Shown one piece after another: positions 1 to 8,869 of a stretch of DNA of 62,772 nucleotides. Each line of letters begins with the position of its first letter. The first letter of the stretch is position 1. Origin of the DNA: Macrostomum lignano (Eukaryota); assembly GCA_002269645.1 (NCBI GenBank), contig NIVC01003522.1:1-62772 (forward strand), given 5' to 3'. The notes under the pieces were generated by a model. The model was not told the origin of the DNA, searched no databases, and worked only from the letters and a program-made list of their open reading frames with translations. The position numbers and the translations under genes were made by a program.

Positions 1-3000
1 GTCGGGGGGGGAGCTGCTGTCAAGACTATAACACACGGGCTTTGTCTCCACCAACCCCTGCTCAGTCGGGGGGGGGGAGCTGCTGTCAAGACTATAACAC
101 ACGGGCTTTGTCTCCACCAACCCCTGCTCAGTCGGGGGGGGGGAGCTGCTGTCAAGACTATAACACACGGGCTTTGTCTCCACCAGCCCCTGCTCAGTCG
201 GGGGAGCTGCTGTCAAGACTATAACAACACGGGCTTTGTCTCCACCAACACGCCCCTGCTCAGTCGGAGGGGGAGGCTGCTGTCAAGACTATAACACACG
301 GGCTTTGTCTCACCAACCCCTGCTCAGTCGGGGGGGGGGGAGATGCTGTCAAGACTATAACACACGGGCTTTGTCTCCACCAACCCTGCTCAGTCGGAGG
401 GGGAGCTGCTGTCAAGACTATAACACACGGGCTTTGTCTCCACCAACAACCCTGCTCAGTCGAGGGGGAGATGCTGTCAAGACTATAACACACGGGGCTT
501 TGTCTCCACCAACCCCTGCTCAGTCGAGGGGGAGCTGCTGTCAAGACTATAACACACGGGCTTTGTCTCCACAACGCCCTGCTCAGTCGGGGGGAGCTGC
601 TGTCAAGACTATAACACACGGCTTTGTCTCCAACAACCCCTGCTCAGTCGGGGGGGGAGCTGCTGTCAAGACTATAACACACGGGCTTTTGTCTCCACCA
701 ACGCCCTGCTCAGTCGGGGGGGAGCTGCTGTCAAGACTATAACACACGGGCTTTGTCTCCACCAACCCCTGCTCAGTCGGAGGGGGAGCTGCTGTCAAGA
801 CTATAACACACGGGCTTTGTCCTCCACCAACCCCTGCTCAGTCGGGGGGGGGAGCTGCTGTCAAGACTATAACACACGGGCTTTGTCTCCACCAACCCCT
901 GCTCAGTCGGGGGGGAGCTGCTGTCAAGACTATAACACACGGGCTTTGTCTCCACCAACCCCTGCTCAGTCGGAGGGGAGCTGCTGTCAAGACTATAACA
1001 CACGGGCTTTGTCTCCACCAACCCCTGCTCAGTCGGGGGGGGGAGCTGCTGTCAAGACTATAACACACGGGCTTTGTCTCCACCAACCCTGCTCAGTCGG
1101 AGGGGGAGATGCTGTCAAGACTATAACACACGGGCTTTGTCTCCACCAACCCCTGCTCAGTCGGAGGGGGAGCTGCTGTCAAGACTATAAACACGGGCTT
1201 TGTCTCCACCAACCCCTGCTCAGTCGGGGGGGAGCTGCTGTCAAGACTATAACACACGGGCTTTGTCTCCACCAACAGCCCTGCTCAGTCGGGGGGGAGA
1301 TGCTGTCAAGACTATAACACACGGCTTTGTCTCCACCAACCCCTGCTCAGTCGGGGGGGAGCTGCTGTCAAGACTATAACACACGGGCTTTGTCTCCACC
1401 AACCCTGCTCAGTCGGGGGGAGATGCTGTCAAGACTATAACACACGGGCTTTGTCTCCACCAACCCCTGCTCAGTCGGAGGGGGAGCTGCTGTCAAGACT
1501 ATAACACACGGCTTTGTCTCCACCAACCCCTGCTCAGTCGGGGGGGGAGCTGCTGTCAAGACTATAACACACGGGCTTTGTCTCCACCAACCCCTGCTCA
1601 GTCGGAGGGGGAGATGCTGTCAAGACTATAACACACGGGCTTTGTCTCCACCAACCCTGCTCAGTCGGGGGGAGCTGCTGTCAAGACTATAACACACGGG
1701 CTTTGTCTCCACCAACCCCTGCTCAGTCGGGGGGGAGATGCTGTCAAGACTATAACACACGGGCTTTGTCTCCACCAACCCTGCTCAGTCGGGGGGGAGC
1801 TGCTGTCAAGACTATAACACACGGGCTTTGTCTCCACCAACCCCTGCTCAGTCGGAGGGGGAGCTGCTGTCAAGACTATAACACACGGCTTTGTCTCCAC
1901 CAACCCCTGCTCAGTCGGGGGGAGCTGCTGTCAAGACTATAACACACGGGCTTTGTCTCCACCAACCCTGCTCAGTCGGGGGGGAGCTGCTGTCAAGACT
2001 ATAACACACGGGCTTTGTCTCCACACACCCTGCTCAGTCGGAGGGGGAGCTGCTGTCAAGACTATAACACACGGGCTTTGTCTCCCACAACCCCTGCTCA
2101 GTCGGGGGGGAGCTGCTGTCAAGACTATAACACACGGCTTTGTCTCCACCAACCCCTGCTCAGTCGGAGGGGGAGCTGCTGTCAAGACTATAACACACGG
2201 GCTTTGTCTCCACCAACCCTGCTCAGTCGAGGGGGAGCTGCTGTCAAGACTATAACACACGGGCTTTGTCTCCACCAACCCCTGCTCAGTCGGGGGGGAG
2301 CTGCTGTCAAGACTATAACACACGGGCTTTGTCTCCACCAACCCTGCTCAGTCGGGGGGGAGCTGCTGTCAAGACTATAACACACGGGCTTTGTCTCCAC
2401 CAACCCCTGCTCAGTCGGAGGGGGAGCTGCTGTCAAGACTATAACACACGGGCTTTGTCTCCACCAACCCCTGCTCAGTCGGGGGGGAGCTGCTGTCAAG
2501 ACTATAACACACGGGCTTTGTCTCCACCAACCCCTGCTCAGTCGAGGGGGAGCTGCTGTCAAGACTATAACACACGGGCTTTGTCTCCACCAACCCCTGC
2601 TCAGTCGGAGGGGGAGCTGCTGTCAAGACTATAACACACGGGCTTTGTCTCCACCAACCCCTGCTCAGTCGGGGGGAGCTGCTGTCAAGACTATAACACA
2701 CGGGCTTTGTCTCCACCAACCCCTGCTCAGTCGGGGGGGAGCTGCTGTCAAGACTATAACACACGGGCTTTGTCTCCACCAACCCCTGCTCAGTCGGGGG
2801 GGAGCTGCTGTCAAGACTATAACACACGGGCTTTGTCTCCACCAACCCCTGCTCAGTCGGGGGGGAGCTGCTGTCAAGACTATAACACACGGGCTTTGTC
2901 TCCACCAACCCCTGCTCAGTCGGAGGGGAGCTGCTGTCAAGACTATAACACACGGGCTTTGTCTCCACCAACCCTGCTCAGTCGAGCTGCTGTCAAGACT

Positions 3001-3033
3001 CACACGGGCTTTGTCTCGTGCTCAGTCGGGGGG
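1..3033. repeat. ~64-bp tandem satellite, left part (runs off window start), ~47 units
   Basis: Unit GTCGG(A/G)GGGGAGCTGCTGTCAAGACTATAACACACGGGCTTTGTCTCCACCAACCCCTGCTCA with a variable poly-G tract; the last two units before 3033 carry deletions. Confidence 0.98.
3025..3033. other. Target-site duplication (left copy; right copy 8870-8878)
   Basis: GTCGGGGGG flanks both ends of the element and is part of the satellite unit; exact length is ambiguous because of the G run. Confidence 0.8.
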
Positions 3034-3052
3034 ACTTGACTTACTTGACTTA
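3034..3052 (-). repeat. LINE 3' terminal short tandem tail (TAAGTCAAG)2T
   Basis: Plus strand reads ACTTGACTTACTTGACTTA directly after the TSD. Confidence 0.85.
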
Positions 3053-3145
3053 GCTGCAGGGCGGTCCGAAGACGCAGCGGGGAGGCGAGCGTCGCCCATT
3101 CCGCTAATCCCTGAAAGACCCGCATAGGCTAGGGCGCGGGGCCGG

Positions 3146-6100
3146 TCAGGGAGGTCTGCCGGTCCTGTCTGCAGCGTTGTCTTCGGTGGGGAAGACGGAG
3201 GCTCGCTTGGTGGCCCGGAGGAACCGGATGAGCCGTGGGATGTTCTCGGGCCGGCAAACGTCGTCCAGGGACGGGTTGGGCCCGAGGTGGTTGAGCCGGT
3301 CTCGGTTGAAGGCCGGGCAGTAGCAGACGAAGTGCATGGCATCTTCATTCTCGAGGCTGCAGAAGGGGCAGAGTTCACTCCGGCGAACACATCGGAGGAA
3401 GCAGTGCCTGGCAAAGCAACCGTGACCTGTGAAGGTCATAGTGAGAGCGCGGATATCTTTTCGATTTTGATTCAAAAGGATTCTCCGCAGCTTGAGGGAC
3501 GGATTGGGCACTGCCGCACGAGATTGGCGGCAGTTGGAGATACCATCCCATCTGCGCAAGTGCAGGATGTCCGCCCAGTCGTTAATCTGACGATTAATGA
3601 CTGTGGCGGGGATGGGGGCCAGGGGCACGGGGCCAAGGGGCGAGCCGGAACAGCCCGCCTTAGCGAGGGAGTCGGCGAGCTCGTTACCTTTGAAGCCGGC
3701 GTGTCCTGGGATCCACGTGAGCCGGACGGTGTTCCTCCGAGCCAGCTTGTTGAGCTGCCCGATACAGTCGCGGACTGTTCGGGAGTTCGTAGTGGTGTGA
3801 CACAGGGCCTGTAAAGCGGCCTGGCTGTCAGAGTGGAAGAAGATTCTTCTGTCCTTGAAGTCCTTGCGGTGGAGCTCAGCTGCACAGGAGCTGATGGCAA
3901 GGACTTCATTCTGGAAGACGCTGGAGAGTCTGCCAGTGTGTTGGGCGTGAGTAGCAATCACGCGGCCGTTGATAAGGATGCAGACTCCAAAGCCGGATAA
4001 ACCGTCTTTGGAGGATCCGTCAGTGAAGCAGTGAACCTCCTGAGGGGCCCAGCTGTCGTTGGCGTTCTCCCTGGAGGGGATCGTGACCTTGAAGCGTTGG
4101 TAGAGGTTGAGGGAGCGCGGTTCAGCGTCCGAAAGGACAGCCGCACTCCCACTCTCCTCCAGAACTTTAAGGCACAGGTCAGAGTGCGGCAGGAGCTTGC
4201 GCTTCGCCATCGCTCTTTGTGGCTTGAAGCTAACACCAGCCTCGATGAGCCGGCGGGTGGTTTTAGCAGCCTCGCGACGGACAAAGATGTCCAGAGGCGG
4301 GAGGCAGAGAAAGGCGTTGAGGCCGTCAAAGGGAGCAGAGAGCGGGGCATTCAGGATCATGCGGCACGCACGTCCCTGCACCTTTTTGAGGGCTTCGTGG
4401 CAGGTTTTAATCTGCAAGGCGCTGGTCCAGACCAGGCCGGCGTATGTAACGGCCGGTCGGACCATTGCGGTATAGATCCACCAGAGACGCTTTGGGGTGA
4501 GGCCCCAGGTGGTGCCGACGGCTCTGCGCAGCTGCGCAAGAATCGCGAGGGCTTTTTTGGTTTTGGCCTGGACGTGGGTGGACCAGCTCAGCCGGTGGTC
4601 CAGCGTAACGCCGAGACACTTGGTTTGCTTGCAGGATGGAATTTCCACCCCGTAAAGCTTTAGTGGGCGAATACGCCAGTTTACCCTGCTGGTGAACATG
4701 ATCGCGACAGTTTTGGTCTCGGAGAGCCTGAGGCCGCACCTGTCCGCCCAACGTTCAGCAGAGCGAATGAAGTTTTGCAAAAGATCTCTAAGGGTTTCAG
4801 GTGACGGTCCGGATGCCACGGCTGTGACATCATCGGCGTAACCGACCTTGAGGATGGGGTCAAGATGGCTGTCCTGGAGGAGCTCATCGATGACCATGTT
4901 CCAGAGAACTGGAGAGAGGACACCGCCCTGGGGGCTGCCTTTGCAGACGGTTACCGTCCGTTGGTGGCCCAACAGGTGTGCGGTGGCAGTACGGTGGCTG
5001 ATCATATACATGATCCACCGGGTGAGGTGCGAGTGGGTTCCTCTAGCACGTAGAGCTCTGTCAAAGGCCTCAAAGAGGACATTATCGAAGGCTCCAACAA
5101 TGTCGAGGAAGACAGCGAGAGCGTAGCCATTACCAAGAACGGCTTTCTCCAGCATGTCAACCAGAACGTGAAGCGCGCTCTCCGTGGACCTGCCTGCCCG
5201 AAAGGCATGCTGGTTCTCACTGAGCGGCTTGTTCTTCAGTTCCACAGAGAGGAGGCGCCAGAGCACCAGTCTCTCTAACAGCTTCACCAATGAGGAGGTG
5301 AGGCTAATTGGTCTGAAGGATTTAATGGACCGGTAGTCCGGTCGGCCAGGCTTGGGGATAAAGACCACCTTGGCCTCGGTCCAGGATTTCGGAACAAAGC
5401 CGAGCACAATGCAGGCTTTCAGAAGCCGGCAAAGGTTCCGCAGGAAACCGGTGCATTTCACCGCCTCCCGCAGGAAGGCTGGCACAACGCCGTCCGGTCC
5501 TGGGGATTTGAAGGGTTTGAAGGAGGAGACAGCTTTAGTAACGCGGTCCTCCGTGATGATTGAGTCAGCCAGTACGTGTCCGCCCACTGAGTGGTCAGGG
5601 GGCCGGGCCTAGCTGGCTCGTTCGGGAAAAACGCTGTTAGCATCGCTTCCAGTGTTTCTCCTGGGTTCTCAGTGAGCGAGCCGTCGGCTCTCTTGACTGA
5701 GGAGAGTTTGGACATTTTGTCCAGGGTGAGGGCTTTAACGATTCTGGAGGTGGGGCGGGAGCCCTCAAGTTCCTCACAGTATTCGCGCCACTTGTTGGTT
5801 TTGGCGTTCCTAACCTGCCTCTTGAACTCGTGGATAGAGTTCAGGTAGGCGGTTTGGTCGGCCGGGTTTTTAGTTTTTTGGGCCCTGCGGTGAAGCCTTT
5901 TGGCTCTGCGACGGAGGTCGCCAAGCTGCGGGTTCCACCATGGGGCCGACTGTTTGCCTTTATATGCCTTTAGTGGGCATGAGGCTTCGAAGGCAGCAGT
6001 GAGCGAGTCCGTAAGTGCGGCCGCAAATTCATCTGCTTCTTCGCAGGTGTTGATGGAGACTGGAGCGCTAGTGCAACGATAGGTCTCCTCCAGGGCAAGC

Positions 6101-6849
6101 CTGAAGGCGGTCCAGTCGGTATTCCTAGCATTCCGTTTCCAGTAAAGCTGGCCTGCGTTACGGGCGCTGGCCAGCGTGAAAGAGATGAACTTGTGATCGG
6201 AGAGGGACGCCTCAGGAAGCACCCGCCATTCCCTAGTGCTCTGGAAGAGCCTGGGCGTGGCGAGGGTGGCATCCAGCACCTCCGATCGGCGTCCGTTATT
6301 GAAGGTAGGGGTACTACCCGAGTTACAGAACTCAAGGGTTGTAGTAGCAATATAAGCCAGGAAGTCTTCACCTCTCTGGTTTATATCAGAACTGCCCCAG
6401 TGGGTGTGGTGGGCATTGATGTCACCTGCCACGAGCAGCTCATAGTTTCTGGTGGAGCAGAGCTCGACCAGTGTGACAAGCTCTACTGGGATCATCTCGC
6501 CGTCGCCCGGTAGGTAAACCGAGGCGATGAGGGTAGTCCTCCCAGGGAGTATGTCTTCAGACTGGATGACACAGATGTCCCTGGTGGACAGGTCTGATCT
6601 GAGCCATGCGTTAATAGAACTGGACACCATGATGCAGGATCTTGGTGCCAGGTTTCCCTCCCGGGTACCAGCGGTTAAACACTGGTAGCCGGTGGGGACA
6701 TGTTGGGGGCTGCCCCTAAGCGTCCAAGGTTCCTGGATAAGGATAATCCCTGGCACGTATTGGTCAGTGTGCTTCAAGAGGTTGACTGAAGCAGCAATGC
6801 TGTGCTGCAGGTTGACCTGCAAGCAGTGGATGCCCTGGGAGACAGTCAT
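3146..6849 (-). CDS. LINE ORF2 (AP endonuclease - reverse transcriptase - RNase H - CCHC-type finger), split by one frameshift near 5598-5602
   Basis: APE motifs LQVNL, IQEPW, GDINAH, SDHK in 5458-6849. RT motifs QHAFRAGRST, LDIVGAFD, GSPQGGVLSP, YADD; RNase H FTDGS, NEVLAI, SDSQAAL, WIPGHAGFKGNELAD; CPFC..H..C in 3146-5608. One extra C in the C5 run (plus G5 5598-5602) joins the frames as ...PARPGPPDHSVGGHVLAD... Confidence 0.93.
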
Positions 6850-7000
6850 GTCTACTGTCCAGGGGAGGAGAAAAGCAACTCATTCTCAGCCTCATCGGTG
6901 AGAGTTGAGTCGCCAATTTCCATTGGCTCAGGCTCAGCCGCCTCCCCAGCCGCCGCGGAGGCGGACACGGCGCCCACGGCAGGTGAGTCACCTAGCCGCG

Positions 7001-8380
7001 CTACACCGCCCTCCTCCCCAGCGACTGGGGTACGGCTGCTGCCTTCGCCTTGCGCCCGCCGTCGGGAGTCTGAGCTCGGCCGGCAGCGTCCTCCTGGTGG
7101 TAATCCCACCAGTTGGAAGGCTGAGCCGTGCCGTCGTCCAGTTCCCTCGGCTGGCTTTCAGTGTTTTTTCGAGCGGCACGAGTCTGCTCGAGGTGAAGTC
7201 TCAGAGACTGAGCTTCGTCAAGTGCGCGCTGGATTAGACCGGACCGCCGGCTACTGCGGGCGGGTCTACGTCCGCGCGAGGCGGACTCAGCAGCGCGAAT
7301 AGCCTTGTTAGGCTCGGGATCGGGTTGCTGCTGCCGCTTGGCCGGCGGGGCATGAGCCCCAGCTCCGGGAGCGGCGCGCTTCCCGTCTTTCTTGGTCTCC
7401 ACCTTGCCCTCCTCACAGCGGAGGATGGTCAGTTGATGGAGACCAAGGTGGAGGTTTGTGCCGTGCGGTAGCCGCTTGGCCCATCCCTCCGTCAGGCCGA
7501 GGATGACTGTGGCCCCGGTCGTGCCCTTGCGGACCGTGCTGTGGTACACAAGACCACTGGCGTCGAGATCCGGGTGCCGCTTGAGCAGGAGCTGCCGCAG
7601 CTGCTCCCCGGACTTGATTGCACTGTCGGCCGGGACCCAAATCCGATGGCGGATGGTCTTCGGCCGCTCGCTCTCCAAGGCGAAGGTCAGCTGGCCCAGG
7701 TCGCTGTGCCAGTCGAACTTGGGCAGCTGATCCCGCAGGAGCTGGGTGCTCTCCTCGGATTTGCACCACAGTAGGATGCACCCGTTCGCCTTGGTGGACT
7801 TGACGATGTCCACGAAGACGCCCTCCAGGGTTAGATTGAGCAAGCCCTCGTCGATGGTACGCCACGCGACGTCGAGCTGCTCGGGCGTCAGGTCGAAATC
7901 CCCGCCGAGGATCATCACGGCGGGTTGCAGCGGCTGCTTGACCTTGGACGCGTAGGACTCGGAGGTCTTGAGCGGGGCCGCTTTGTCTTTGGAAGGCGGT
8001 AGGCCGGCAGGGTTGCCCCCCTGAGAGCCCGAGGACACGGCGGTTCCTGACGGCCCAGCCGCGCCACCGGACTCCCCAGAGGGCCTCCCCGCTGCGGTGG
8101 CTCCCGAAGGCCTCACCGCGGCTTGCGTGCCCTCCTCAGACGCAGCAGCAGCCCGCTTCTCCTGCCGCTTACGGTTGCGGCGGATGTTCCGCTGTCGTCG
8201 AGACTCGGCCGTGCGCGGTCGGCTAGACTGGCGGCCAGGGTGATCGGCGGCAGCGTCAGCTGGCCCGGTTGGACCAGGTTGGGCGTTGGTGCTACCAGTG
8301 GTAGCTACCGGAGCGGCTGATCCCGGTGAGCCAGAGGCGACCGGGTCAGTTTCTTTAGGGATGGTGGCGTTAGTGGCCAT
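7001..8380 (-). CDS. LINE ORF1 protein (probable DUF4780-like domain, no zinc knuckle seen)
   Basis: ATG at 8380 (MATNATIPK), low-complexity N-terminus, SYASKVK motif, then a globular region. An acidic tail in another frame (6852-7109, ending TAG-ac-ATG at the ORF2 start) may be the true C-terminus. Confidence 0.8.
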   Translation of the reverse strand: MATNATIPKETDPVASGSPGSAAPVATTGSTNAQPGPTGPADAAADHPGRQSSRPRTAESRRQRNIRRNRKRQEKRAAAASEEGTQAAVRPSGATAAGRPSGESGGAAGPSGTAVSSGSQGGNPAGLPPSKDKAAPLKTSESYASKVKQPLQPAVMILGGDFDLTPEQLDVAWRTIDEGLLNLTLEGVFVDIVKSTKANGCILLWCKSEESTQLLRDQLPKFDWHSDLGQLTFALESERPKTIRHRIWVPADSAIKSGEQLRQLLLKRHPDLDASGLVYHSTVRKGTTGATVILGLTEGWAKRLPHGTNLHLGLHQLTILRCEEGKVETKKDGKRAAPGAGAHAPPAKRQQQPDPEPNKAIRAAESASRGRRPARSSRRSGLIQRALDEAQSLRLHLEQTRAARKNTESQPRELDDGTAQPSNWWDYHQEDAAGRAQTPDGGRKAKAAAVPQSLGRRAV

Positions 8381-8584
8381 AGCTGAAAAGCGGGGAGGGC
8401 TACTCGTTATGCGAGTTGAGTACCCGACTGGCCGACACCTCAAGCCAGCCGGTTTGAAAAAAGGACCGCTAGCGACCGGACTACTCCCCGGCCTTCCAGC
8501 CCATCGGCACGGTCAAACACCTTAGGCATTAGAGGGTACGTTAAGCAGTACCACGGCCTGCAGGCTGGTGAGCCAGACCCGCAT

Positions 8585-8869
8585 ACCCAAATTCGGCCGA
8601 AGCCACTGGATAGGGTCGCCAGCGCCGGAGCCCAGTCTGTCCAGCAGCCCTAGGGTCTGCCTTGAACACACGCGGGGACGAGTACCCCTGGGTCGACTTG
8701 CGAGACAGCGTGGGGGAGTCTGCGGCTGCCAGAGGCAAATAGAGGGTGCAGACCTCCCACCAGCCTTGACCTGCTGAAGATGGGGGCAGGCGTGAAGCAT
8801 CGCAGACCTTAGCTCGTAGGCCTAGTCTGTCTCATACTTCACTGGCATGCTGAATACGCCTTCGCGTGC
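8585..8869 (-). ncRNA. HDV-like self-cleaving ribozyme at the LINE 5' end
   Basis: Minus-strand RNA: P1 GCACGCG (8869-8863) / CGCGUGU (8674-8668) with G1-U wobble; P2 ACCCAG (8693-8688) / UUGGGU (8590-8585); P3 GGG (8687-8685) / CCC (8677-8675); L3 UACUCGU; P1.1 AC/GU (8667-8666); J4/2 CGAAU with candidate catalytic C at 8595. G1 is the first base after the TSD. Confidence 0.88.

Larger units (their letters stand above)
3034..8869 (-). mobile_element. Full-length non-LTR retrotransposon, LOA-clade-like (ORF1 + APE/RT/RNase H/Zn-finger ORF2)
   Basis: Two-ORF structure; RT neighbourhood motifs KSPGPDG and SFRPISLTSSLVKLLERL plus an RNase H domain fit LOA/Lian-type elements. 3' tail (TAAGTCAAG)2T at 3052-3034; TSD GTCGGGGGG at 3025-3033 and 8870-8878. 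Clade call is from motif recall, not a phylogeny. Confidence 0.93.

Noticed and set aside
42-3127. Many ORFs in the satellite (also 8832-11889, 26845-27210, 28456-29420, 33623-34732, 36010-36829, 47667-48542, 50956-51742, 54160-54678, 56856-58652, 59610-60505)
   Set aside because: Periodic translations of stop-poor repeat units, not genes.
3287-7955. Plus-strand ORFs antisense to the LINE (e.g. 4031-4663, 6802-7302)
   Set aside because: Shadow ORFs of GC-rich coding sequence; no recognisable motifs.
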